64,000 nt of DNA, taken from the NCBI GenBank assembly GCA_965649825.1, contig OZ287699.1, positions 248,001 to 312,000 on the forward strand. The letters are read 5' to 3'. Source of the DNA: Penicillus capitatus. Lineage: Eukaryota; Plantae; Chlorophyta. Under the pieces are notes generated by a model. It did no database searches and had not been told where the DNA came from. It saw only the letters and a program-made list of their open reading frames with translations. Positions 38,506-53,915 of the stretch are shown in pieces. The position numbers and the translations under genes were made by a program. The first letter of the stretch is position 1. Each line of letters opens with the position of its first letter.

Positions 38506-41167
38506 TTATTTTTTCTTCGCTCGGAAAAAACTCTTGATGCCACGTCTGAACAAGTACTGATGAAAATCATTGTAACCTCTCTCAGATGTGATGTCGCGAG
38601 CTGTTCGGCCATTCTGTACAGACAGATGTCATCAGCATTGCTGCCGCCGCCATGCGATTCTGCGTTACCTGTGTTTTGAGCGAGAGGTCGGCATGACCTT
38701 CTTCGACGAGCATCTTCCCGAATCCCAACTTATTGTAGTAAGCAGCACGGTGAAGTGCAGTGTAGCCATTCTGCACAAACACACCATATCACTCATCTAT
38801 ATGATCATCTGATGATGATGGTCACACTTTCGATGCCGCATCCACGTTTATGTTCTTGTTGACGAGTAAAAGTCCAATTTCGACATCGCCTGACTCAACA
38901 GCACTATGCAAAGCTGTCCATCCTTCCTACACACAAGCCGTCGCCGTCAGAAGACCGGCAGCCATAGAGAAGGGTATGCCATACTCGTGAACACGCGTTT
39001 ATGTTGGCAGAAGGACATCGAAGAATCTCTTCTACAATGGCACGGTGGCCTCGTTCTACAGCAATGTGCAATACCGTCCAACCAGCCTGCGCATCTCACA
39101 CTTTCTCACACAAATGAAGCAGCGTACGGGATGATACCTTGCAAGGCTCATTAATGTTGCATCTGAAACGCAGCAGGAACTTAAACACTTCAAGGTCTCC
39201 CTTGCGTGCTGCATTGTGTAGGACTGTCCAACCGATCTGCTAAAAACCTCACTCATTTTCTCACACCTTTATAGATACATCAGCATACCTCTGTTTTAAT
39301 ATCTAGGTATCTATAATAACGCATCTCTCCAAATTTCACTAGGGACTGAATGACAGATCGATGACCGAGGTCACATGCAGCATGCAATGCCGTCCATCCT
39401 CGCTGCGAGAGAACGCACGTCACATCATGTGTGCTAGGCAGTGATGTGACAGCTCACTTTGTCTTGAGCGATGAGATCAGCGCCGCGATCCAACAGTACC
39501 TCCACGCATCGGGCGTGTCCACTTGTAGCTGCCAAAATCAATGGCGACGACATGTCATCCTTAGTTGGCACATTGGGCGACAGTCCTTGATCCAACAGAT
39601 ACCGAACAACATCATGCCTCCCATTAGTGCACGCCAGATGCAAAGGATTGCGACCCGACTCATCCACCAACGTCAAATCAAAATCCTTTTCACGGATCTC
39701 GCGCAAAATATCGACTGTACCAGAAGCGGCAGCAGCAAACATTTGGCTTGCGATCTCCTGAATCATGCACAAGCGCACATCATCCAGTGATGTGACAGCT
39801 GCACAAGGCATACCCTCGTCATGATCTGTCTCTGCACACGACTCGTGGAACTCGATCCCGCAGAGAGGCCATCCGAGCCTTCACGATGATGCTGCGACTG
39901 CACAGAAGGTGAAAACAGACAGAGACAAAACAGACATACCACAGGGACCATCGACGATCGACCTGAAAACCCGCCGAGGGTCATCGGAACGGCATGCAGA
40001 GGATTCATATGATCCACATCGGGATAGGTCGATGCCTGTCCATCCCACGTATCCAGGCAACTCTGTATCTCCGATGGACTCCTCACGCTCTCCACATCCT
40101 CCGATTCTGGATAGTGCGTCGAATTCAGATCTGCCTCTGGATTACGAGACTGCTCTCGCTGCCAATTGACGATGGCAGCCTTGAGTGAGGCGTTCTCGAT
40201 CAGCGTCACAGATCTTATTTTCTTCTGAGAGACGGGACAGGTTTTGGACTCGTCCTCTGTCATCCACGTCGTGATGTTCTGTCTTTCGTACGTCACTTCG
40301 GATTCCAATAGCACCACTGGATCTTGCATGATCGCAAGACTGATGGGACACAGATACTCAGGTGGCGGCGAATGCACACCATTCAACGCCCAGAACAGCA
40401 ATCGAAGATAGTGCTCTTCTTCGGGATCGTCTCGGGCATGAGCGTTGTAGATATCGTGCAGGAAAAAGGTAGATACCTTGCCCCATTCCTCCTACACACC
40501 AGCAAGCCGTCATCCATCGGCAGTCTTGTCCAATGATGGCCTACCCTCATGCTGTCACGTCCGATGACGTCTTCCAGATAGTCTCGTATCGCAATCAGAC
40601 CATCCAGCTGCCGCATCTGTCCGTTATTCACTAGGGTTGCCCATTCCTTGGTCCTTTGACGTATCATGATGTCTTGAGATTGCAAAGGGTATTCCAGATG
40701 ACGAAACTGGAATGCCAATTCGCGCAGGTTGTCGAAATATCCGTCTGGAAACTGCGAAGGTTTATCCACATTCATTAACACCATCGATAAATCTGGCAAC
40801 GGGGCAGTGAAGGGTTTGCACGAGACAGGACAGCATAAGGTGGGTTACTTTCTAGCGAATCTCCCGTCGAGCGACAGACATGGAGACACTGCGCACGAAT
40901 ACGGGCAGCACTGAGGGCGCGGTAGACGTCGGGATACGTGCCGAGGCCTTGAGCCAGTTGTTTGGCGTTGTCCAGTTGCCATGACAACTCCGACGTTAAA
41001 TTCTCCAATTCCCTCGACGGGCTTTCGACGTGAATGTTCTGCATAACCGTTGTCAGGTCGAGCAGTTTTCGTGACAGCGTCTCGAGGGCGGCACAGACGC
41101 GTGAGTGTGAGGCGTGTTCGTGTGAAATAGCACTCATATCTTCGGCGGAAAACACGACAGCCGCCAT
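38506..41167 (-). CDS. U-box + ankyrin-repeat E3 ubiquitin ligase with helical N-terminal domain
   Basis: U-box PPPEYLCPISLAIMQDPVVL...TYERQNITTW...TCPVSQ...ENASLKAAIVNW, followed by about 8 ankyrin repeats (GRNPLHLAC, SSPLILAA, GWTALHAA, GWTVLHNA, GWTVLHIA, GWTALHSA, GYTALHRA). Confidence 0.8.
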
Positions 41168-41369
41168 GTTTTTGCGAAATTCTAAGAGAAGAGAGAAACA
41201 ACGAAGAAATGGAAAAGTGGTGCAGCAAAAATAGTGACCGCTCACCTCGACTCATCGCAAACGCGTTTGCGGTTCGATCCGAATCTGAACCCTCGATCGA
41301 GAGGAATGACGCGACATCGCCTCGAAAACAATACCACCCATCGCATCACATCACCCCTTCATCGTTGCG

Positions 41370-42782
41370 CTATTTCTTTCGGCGATAGATTTTGGACAGC
41401 AAAGATGAAAAGACAGTGGGTGGGAGAATCGTTTGGCCAGTGATCTGGGCTTCCAGCTTCGTGTAGCTCTCTTGCTCGTAGGCAAGGTAGACCTCCTCCA
41501 ACTGCATCTCCTGATAGACCTCCTTAACACGTGCAATCTTCTCTTCATCATTAACGCCATAGTTCTCCTGCCACACATGGAATAAGAGTGAGAAAGAGCG
41601 AGAAATGCAGGACCGAGTGGTTACCATGAGGAGCGTCTTTTGTTCGGGTGTGGCTCGATCGAGGGCTTGGCAGACAAGCCACGAGCATTTGTTGTCCTGG
41701 ATGTCTGTTCCGATCTTGCCGAGGAGATCGGGATCGGCATAACAGTCGAGATAATCATCTTGGATCTGAAAGAAGATGCCCATCGGAATAAGAATCTCTT
41801 CGGACACTCTATAGGCGTCTTTGTCTTCGATCCCGGCAACAATCAGACCGCAGGCCACAGGAAGGTAGAAGGAGTAGTACGCTGTCTTGTACTTGGCAAT
41901 GTCTGTGTAGTTCTGAATCGTGCAACGGGAGAGATCGACCTTGTCGGGAGGCGTGGTGATGAGATCCAGCATCTGACCGTAGGCCGTACGGGATGTACTC
42001 TAAAGTACAGCGAGGCAGGGTCGCGGTCACACAAATGAGAGATGTGTGACTTCGTGGAAGAGGTCGAGAAGCTGCACGTAGTATGGAGCTTCGCTGAACG
42101 TGGTGTTCAGAATGCGATAAATTGTTGCCTCGATGATGATGAAATCGTTGCAGGCCGTCAAACCGACCTAAACGCCTCGGCATCCATCCATCGTGTGACA
42201 AAGAGTGAAAAGAGTGAGACATGTGGTTGCTTGTACCAACATGGTTGACCACGTCGCGTCAAAGAGCCGTCCATGATGTCATCGGCCACCAGGAAAAACG
42301 CTTGCAGCTGTCAAGCAACTCATGTCATATCATGATGCCTTCGAAGCTAAGCGTTTACCCACTCAATACACCATCCCAGAATATTTGCACGACGCACATC
42401 CTCTTCCGTAATGTCCTGAGACACCCACCCACCCACCGATCTCACTCTTTTCGTTACAGAGCATCACACTTTGGCGCCTTTGATTGCCGAGACCACATCG
42501 TACACCGTCATCCCGCGCACCAATTTGCCTTTGGGCAGGTTGTAATCGAGCATCTACCAAGCACCTGTCTTTTCATACGTCTTTTCGCACAGCTTTTCTC
42601 ACTTTATCCATATAGTCCTTCGCAAAGTTCTGCATTTTGCCGTACATGTCATCTTTCAGCACCGCTTCTTTCAGTTTCGGGTAGAACTTCAAAAAATTCT
42701 GCGACCGATTTCAGATCGCTTCGCTGAGGTCTCGTGATGGGACCTCTCGATTGTGGACGTACGGATCGCTAGTGCTCGTCAT
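41370..42782 (-). CDS. FPS: Farnesyl pyrophosphate synthase
   Basis: [21 protein letters not shown]; [13 protein letters not shown]; [12 protein letters not shown]; [15 protein letters not shown]. The first exon is uncertain. Confidence 0.95.
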
Positions 42783-42872
42783 CCCGCCCCAGCCGATGGC
42801 GATCGCCTGGACGGGTTGCGCACAGATGCGTCGAATCAGATGCATCACGATCATCCGTCTCTCTTGCCTTTC

Positions 42873-45029
42873 ATGCGTCTCGCTCTGCGTCCCCTCGCGA
42901 CATTCTTCCCGCGTCGTTCCGTTCGTCGCGTCGTCTTCGCGACCGTCGCCGTTACGTCGACCGACATGCCCGTCGTCAAGAAAGAGATCGCACTGACGAC
43001 GACGGAACGCGACCTCTTCGAAATCCTTCGAAACACGACGCGTCAGTACGCGCCATCTGTGACGCTGCGATGCGCCGGAGGGTGGGTACGGGACAAACTC
43101 CTTGGACGGCATTCCGATGACATCGACATCGCAATCGATACCATGTCGGGTGCGACATTCGCCGAGCATGTGATGCTGATGTGACAACGACAAGAGTGAG
43201 AGGACGTGATGTGACAGGTCAATCATTATCTCAAGAGTCAGGGAGAAAAGACGCATCCCGTCGCCGTCATTGAGACCAATCCGGAGCAGTCGAAGCATCT
43301 GGAAACGGCGCGCATCAAGATTCACGGCCATCAAGTGGATCTCGTCAATCTGCGATCGGAGACCTACACACAGCACAGCCGCGTGCCGCAGATGAAGTTT
43401 GGGACGCCCTCAGAGGACGCTTACCGACGGTCATCGATCCACCTGCCGCCTGTCACATCACGTTATGATGTAGAGATCTGACGATCAATTCGATGTTCTA
43501 TAACATCAACGACGCACTGATCGAGGATTTCACAGAGAAAGGGATTGAGGATTTGACAGCGGGATGGATACGGACACCCCTGCCACCGTTGGAGACATTC
43601 CTGGACGATCCGCTCAGAGTTCTCCGTTCGATTCGATTCGCCGCACGGTTTTCGTTTCGCATGGATCCAATCCTCATGCGGGCTGCCATGTCGGAAACGG
43701 TTAAAGACGCTTTGCAACGCAAAGTGAGTCGAGAACGCATCGGAACAGAAGTGGAGGCCATGATCCAAGGCGAGTACACCTGATCGTTTGTGAAAGGCAC
43801 ACGTGCATGAGTGAGGCGTACAGGGGTCGATCCGATCAGGGCTGTGCAACTCATGGTCGATCTCTCACTCTTTTCGATCGTCTTTCTGCTTCCACAGAAT
43901 CTGGATGTCCCTCAGTACGGTGACCAATGTTTGGCAACGCTGCAAGCAGGGATCCAAATACTGCAGACGACGCAGATGGAGGTACAGAAGAGTGATGTCA
44001 CACTTTTGCTGTGACGATCGTCGTGTAGTTGACGCGCGAAGAACGACGTCTCTACCTCATAGCCGCCTTACTCGTGCCGATACACTCAATGAAGGGACCA
44101 CACGCTTCCGGGAAAGGTCGAGATGGTCGTCCTATCAGAGGCACCTTCGCCAAGAGCGATGCTTGACAGGGAAACGGCATTTTTCTCCTGCGAGCGCACA
44201 TGTGATCTGGGAAGGTCTGCGATGGAAGAACAAAGACAGCCGTGATGTGACACTTCTCCATGACGAGGTTCCGAAACTCTTGGCCCTCTATGAGCGCCAC
44301 GAGACCCCTGCAGACACAGAAGGTCCCTCTCCTTGCCATCGTAGACGAGCACTGCATGATGCGTGCGCTCAGGGAATGGGTCCACATCGACCGGTACGCA
44401 GTTCAGAGTGGAGCTGGGTTTGTGGGTTCGACAGATGAAGTTACTGTGGAAGCTCGGTGGAAGCTGCCGATTCGAATACTTAAGGCACAGGTGTCGTGTT
44501 TAGGTGTGTTGCTATCGCCGCTGTTTACCATGGAAGAGTCCATTCCTGCTGAAGTGGAACGCGAGGAGTATCCTCTATGGCATTTCATTCAAAGCTTCCA
44601 AGCAGCTTCCAACGACGCCGATCAGACACCATCGATCGAATCTCAGCGGTCGCTATCTTTCGGCACGAAATCTTATTGCAGTGAACAAGGAGCGACTGTC
44701 TGTAGATCTCAGCTCTGCCAAAACGTGGAGCAAATGATTCGGAACGAAAACGTACAAGACGCTTGGCAACTCGTTCCGCTGCTCGACGGCAAGACGGTGC
44801 GTTGCCGCGTCCCTTTTGCCTGCCCGAGTTTTCTTTTCTGCAGATCATGGCGGCCTTAGAAATGAAGAGAGCGAGTCCGATGATCGGTGTGTTAGTGGAT
44901 CGCGTGCTTCGTTGGCAGTTGGCTCATCCAGAAGGGTCCAAGGAGGAATGCCTCGATGACATTAAAGAATTCCATACTGCGTCACTGAAAGATTCAGAAC
45001 TCTCGCATCGTGTCACACCAGACGGTTAA
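42873..45029 (+). CDS. CCA1: CCA-adding tRNA nucleotidyltransferase
   Basis: LRCAGGWVRDKLLGRHSDDIDIAI; NPEQSKHLETA; DLVNLRSETY; DAYRRDLTINSMFYNIN; FLDDPLRVLRSIRFAARF; KVSRERIGTE. Confidence 0.95.
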
Positions 45030-45036
45030 ATGATCG

Positions 45037-45729
45037 TTAACTGAGTGGAAAATCGTGGACGTTATACGGTGACGCGCCGCCACTCTGCGCCGCAAAATTA
45101 TTGATCGAATCGCAGGGAGCTGCCGGACGCGACCTCAGTTCCTTCTCCTCTTGACACAGAGCACAGCAATGGCACCTAGAATGATGGAACCCTTATGGCT
45201 GGTGACGTGACCGCCCGTGATGCATGACCAGAAATGCGTGCAGATGTCTTGCCAGAGATTGCCTGGTAGTTGGTACTTGCGTCGGATATCGTTGCGACTG
45301 ACCGCTCCCAGAAAAAAACACCAACCTGTGCACACCCCCGCCCGTCACATCAAAGCAGACACGAATATGACGGTCCACCAACCTGTTAAACTGGTAACTA
45401 AACAATAGACGAGCGCTGGATCCCAGGGACCCGCATAAACGGCCGCATCTCCATAGAGATCTGCAAACAGGGAGATAGTGTAGAGGGCAGTGTCAAGGCA
45501 GCTGATCCGTACGATACTGGATGTCACGGTACGTTATGCAGGGACACCAGAGGGTCTGACAGCCTAGCAGGACGCAATTCTGTATGACAGAGGGAAGAAA
45601 GATTGGAAACAAACAGAGAGAACTGTCTGAGCAGCAGCAAAGAAGATTCGGTTCTGTCCACTGGGACGGCGGCGACGTCGTGACTTTGGAAGGGACGGAT
45701 TTTTGTGTGTCCTCAACTTCTGACGGCAT
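45037..45729 (-). CDS. PLAC8 / Cys-rich family protein
   Basis: W...LLCCCSD..LC; TLWCPCITY; RNDIRRKYQLPGNLWQDICTHF|WCHCCALCQEEKEL. Confidence 0.85.
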
Positions 45730-46363
45730 TTTGGCAGAAGAGCAGATTCAAGATGGTGAGGCGACACAGATAGCGATGCCTCTGTTCGTCAGAGGCGAAG
45801 GCAGAGGCAGCTCGCATCCAGCATGAAAGGACGATGCGGTACGGCCACACAATCCCGATGGACGGTTAGTAAGTACTGAACGCGTCGCTGCGCCTAGGGC
45901 GGGGGCGCCTGCCTAGGGTGGGCCGGGATGTTGTTCTAAGGTGGACATAGAAGACGTTCTATGTTCACTGCAACGGCCTCGAATTGTCGTTACTTGTCGA
46001 GCAGCGCGCGGTGTGGGGGAGTGAGGTGATATGAAACCGTGTGGACCGCTCAATATCTGCCTGAACGGCTTGCCACACGAATAGTGGGCGAAACGTGTTG
46101 ATCTCCGCGGCGTTGTGCCTCGTTGACGGTTGTTCTGCATCGGGATACGTGGTTAGAAGGGATAGACACCGTCGGCGGTCTCTACAGTGAAAAATAGGTG
46201 AAAAGGCGACGTGGTCTCTCGCCAGTACATAAGGTCGCTGTCGGTTCGATCAAAGAATCGGTCGCGTTTGTATACGGTCTGCAGGAAACCGTATACAGCC
46301 GCCGACGCTGCATCTACGCCGTTACTTTCATTTCCAACCAGAAAGGCCATCGCTGACGACACC

Positions 46364-49744
<3,381 letters not shown>

Positions 49745-49748
<4 letters not shown>

Positions 49749-50999
49749 AGGACGGTGTCGATGAAGTTCAGGACATCTTTGGCGATTCTGTCGGCAGGAT
49801 CGGCCGCCGCCGTCGCGTTTGCATGAAGAGACGATGTGTGAAAGACGCCTGTTTCCACGAGAACAGCAATCCACGGTGCACCAGCGTTCCGCGCGCCACG
49901 GACATCTGCTGCCGGATTATCTCCCACCATAAAGATCTGCTCCAACGGCCTCTTCTCACCATTCAATGACTCTCCCTGTTCCTGCAAAAGTGTCTCTACC
50001 AATCTGCAGTGCAGGGTCAGCAGTAGGCACGTCAGGCATAAGCCATGATGTGACAGATGGGATGACTTGAAAGGAAGGGCCGTTGGTTTGCCGAAGTGCG
50101 TGATGACAGGCGCCATGCCAGTGTACGCTTTGTACAGCGTCTGGAAGGCCAGAGAGAATGCGCCCAGGCCAAATCGCGGCGTCGGAAAGTCGTTAGACCA
50201 GAGCAGATCGCCATGCCCAATGAACACCTCCACCTCTTGTTCCTTCCCTTCACGCACAATCATAACCGTCATCTCACACTTTTGGACGCCTGACCTGCGG
50301 GATGACGACCCGGGACGCCGTTTGATGTGACCACATCTGTCAGAATTTGCAGATCGCGTGCCCAGTCGTCTGGATCGGTGAAGACCATCGCTGAGCGAAA
50401 GGGATCCGAGACGGAACCGTATCCCAGATCGCGTATGGGACAGGGGGTGGAGTGAGAGGTCGTCTTTGGCGAGAAGGGCGCCGCTGATGGTCGCGCCTCA
50501 ACGAGCTGACGTGATGTGACCGCTTTGCTGAATCCATAAGAGTGGGCAACGCCTAGGGAATCTCCCTTGCCACACACCAATACAGGCACATCTCCATAGC
50601 GCGCTGCCAACGACCGCATCGGCGTGTGACCCATGACGACCTGAATCTCACTCTTTTCGATGGAACCCCGTCGCATCAAACCTGGTTTTCGCGGACACGG
50701 ACGCCCAGAATCTTGGACAGATCGGCAGCCTTGTGGCCTTCGGTAACGCCACCTCCATTCGTCAAAAAGCACACAGGAAAGCGCGGCATCTCGTTCTGAG
50801 CGTCATAGAGCTAACAGCAGCACAGAAGGGGTCGCATAGAGTCATCTTCTCGAGGCAGGCGGTCTACGCGTTGGACGGCAAGATCGGCACCAGGGATGAG
50901 CGTTTGGCCCTTCAACAAGACACCATCGAGATCGAAAACGAACCCCGTGCGTCGCTGATGGACAAGGGCCGTCAAACATCGCCGCGTCTGGCGAAGCAT
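49745..50999 (-). CDS. HAD-superfamily IIA hydrolase, HDHD5/CECR5-like
   Basis: GFVFDLDGVLLKG; VMGHTPM; PVLVCGKG; FTDPDDWARDLQILTDV; NDFPTPRFGLGAF; FGKP; IFMVGDNPAADVRGA; VLVETGVF. Confidence 0.9.
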
Positions 51000-51318
51000 C
51001 GATCAATAAGAATAGAAATTTCGCAACGAGTGAGGTTCGAACTCACGCGGGATGAACCCATGTACTTAGCAGGCACACGCCTTAACCACTCGGCCATCGT
51101 TGCGTCGAACCAGTATCGCACGCACAACAAGACACCGACAACTTCGGCCACAACAACCTTTCCAGCCGACAAGACAGGTCACTCTTTTGCCACACGCGAT
51201 TTCGATCTTAAGTACAGAAAGTATGACGCGGACGAAAAGAGTGAGAAGACGTCGTTGCAGCGCCAGAGATCGTGATCGTTGAATGTCGTCCCTTACAGTC
51301 AAGTGCTGTGCGAACATA

Positions 51319-52901
51319 TCATTTGAAGACTTTGGAATCGACAAGTTCCATTCCATCGATGGTCTCCTCTTCGCAAATGATATCCTCCACGCGTTTCTTC
51401 TGCTCGGGATCACCGAGGTCGACCTTGGTGAGTGTATAGAGCTCCATATCATCGCTCTCTTTGACAACCACTTCCGGAACGTCGGGACCGCGAAAGATCC
51501 ATAGCCCTCGAATAGGAAAGATGCTTTTTTCTGCGTCTTTCAGAATGAGAAGCACGCCAAAAGCGAATTTCCTTGCAAACTCCATGCGCTGCAAGAATCC
51601 GCCCACTTTGTTGGAGACCATAAAATTGACGGTGTTCTCATCATCGTATTTGTAGTTTGCAAACCAGAAGGAGTAACCATCCACGTCCATTCCTGAAAAC
51701 ACCTGACCCACAGCTGTCACATCAGCGCCAGGCAAGAGAGTACAGACCTCGTCGGTTGGGCTGTTGGGAATGGGACCGCCTTCCCACATCCGCGGCACAA
51801 AGGTTTCGCGGAAACTGCGCTCGGGACAGTTGGAGTAGAGACGCTTGAAGGAATCCAGCGGCACTGATGTCGGCGGCAGAAGATCGAGCCACGTCTTGGG
51901 CTTCTCTTTAGATGCTTTCTCCTCTGCCGGCGGCTTCTCTTCTTCAGCCGGTTTCGTCTCTTTGGGTTTGGCCTCAGCTTTTTTGTCGCCTTTCTTGGGT
52001 GCTGCATCACAAGAGAGTGGTCTAGCGAAGCGAAGCCGATGAGAGATGATCACGTGTGTAGGTCAAAGCTTTCTCGCATAGCTTTGGCTCGCCCATGACT
52101 TTCACGAATGCCGGTTGATGCACGAGTGTCGTATAGTATCGCTTCACGTGCGGGTAAGGCTTCAGGAATGCTTCGTCAAAGACCTGAACAAAACCAAGAG
52201 TGATATGCAACGATGGATATCCGCATCGCACGTGGACGAATCCATAGAAAAGATTGCAGGCGAGGATAATGTCGGCCAGTGTGATCGAATCGTTCACCAG
52301 GAACGTCTTGTCTGCCAAATAGTCGTTGAGTTTCTCCAAGTTGCGTTGGGTCGTTTCGATCGCCGCCTTTTCTTTCTGAAATGAAAATTCTTTTGAGTGA
52401 GATGCAAAGCGAGTAGGTCACACTTTTTTGTCGTAGGGAACGAACTGTGGCATTCGGAGTGGAATGATCCATGATAACATAGGAGCATCCAGATCGAGTG
52501 TCGAGAAATCGATCCATTGATCAACGGTTGCCTAAAGACACGATCGATCTCACTCTTTTCTCACTCAAATTGTACGGCACTTGTTCCTCGAGTGTGTTAC
52601 CGAACAATCCAGCGTCGCCTAGCCGAGCGACATAACGAGCGATCGCATTGCTCTCAAAGATCGCGCCTTTGTCTGTGCAGAGGACTGGAACCTATAGCAG
52701 AGTCACGTCACATCAACAGGCGCTGTCGAAGACGCTGTTTGGTAGTACTTTGCCAAAGGGGTTCTTGCACAGGAAGTCTGGCGTCTTGTTATCGACGCCC
52801 ATCTGAAAGGACGACGGTACGTCGATCTGTACGCCGACATATTCCGCCGTAATCAGCGCCTTGTATGCGTTTTTGTTTTCTGGATACGTCAGGAGCTTCA
52901 T
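51319..52901 (-). CDS. EEF1G: Translation elongation factor 1B gamma
   Basis: MKLLTYPENKNAYKALITAEY; KNPFGKV; FESNAIARY; ITLADI; LDSFKRLYSN; GYSFWFANYKY; NKVGGFLQRMEFARKFAFG; GLWIFRG. Confidence 0.96.
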
Positions 52902-53880
52902 CTGCGTGTGGCGGCTGCGGAAAGAACGGTCCGCGCACCGGCTTCTTCGTTTTGAACAAAAAACGATGTGACGTTCTCGCTGTGGAGAGATGGGCAGCTT
53001 GTGTTGTTGTTGCAAAGATCCGTCGTCGTCAACCGATGACGATAGGTAAAGAGAAACAGCACCCCGTTCACACACGCACGTCGCCATCTTCGTCGTAGAG
53101 ACACTCGGTTGTTAAGTTCGTCACGTCTGTCTCGTAGTCAGGATTCTCAAAAGGCCTTCAGCAAACAAACGCAAATGAGCCCTGTCGAGCCGTGAGCCAT
53201 CACTCGCTCACCGTTTCCACCTCGCATCCGACAGGAGATACCACGTCACCGTTTTTGTCTTGTCTAGACGACGAAGCGACCGGCAACCGGTTACAGAGCG
53301 CGACCGCCTCGCCCAGTCAGCCGCGGCTGAGGCGGTGTGTGACCTATGTTATGAGGATACAGTGTATTCAACATACAGTTGTGTGTTTTTAGGCTGCAGC
53401 GAGACAGGAGAAATTTGAAAGCAGTGCCATAGGTCGTGCACATAAAGAGGCAGCTAGACGTGAGAAAGCCAAAGAAGTGGCTGAACCCGACACGGCACGA
53501 GATTGGTTGTCATAAAATGCCACCACTCCGTCGATCAATAACAATATGTGATTTGCGGGAAAACCTGTTGTTATTCCGAAATTGGTTGTTGATTGGATAA
53601 CGGGTGTGTGGGTGGGTCGCATAGGAAGTGAAAGAAACTCAGGTATCGAATGAAAAGAATATTGCAATGCGTCAGAACCGTACGCACCCACTCACTGTTT
53701 CTATACGATTGCAATATCGTCAGCACATTAAGAATGCTCAGGAAACACACTTGATCATAAAGCAGAAGGGTCCGCAAACAAACACACATGAGACGAACAA
53801 GGCCGCGTTGTTCGCCCTTTCCACATTGGCATGACATCGACAAACAAACACAGAGATCATGAACATAGAACAAAAGAAAG

Positions 53881-53901
53881 AGATAGATAGATAGATAGAT
53901 A
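53881..53901 (+). repeat. (AGAT)5 microsatellite
   Basis: agatagatagatagatagata, just beyond the stop codon of the first VWA gene. Confidence 0.9.
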
Positions 53902-53915
53902 ACAAGATTTCTTTG

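Noticed and set aside
53389-53873. Two 100-aa minus-strand ORFs upstream of EEF1G
   Set aside because: AT-richer sequence with no motif and mutually inconsistent frames; probably 3'UTR or intergenic.
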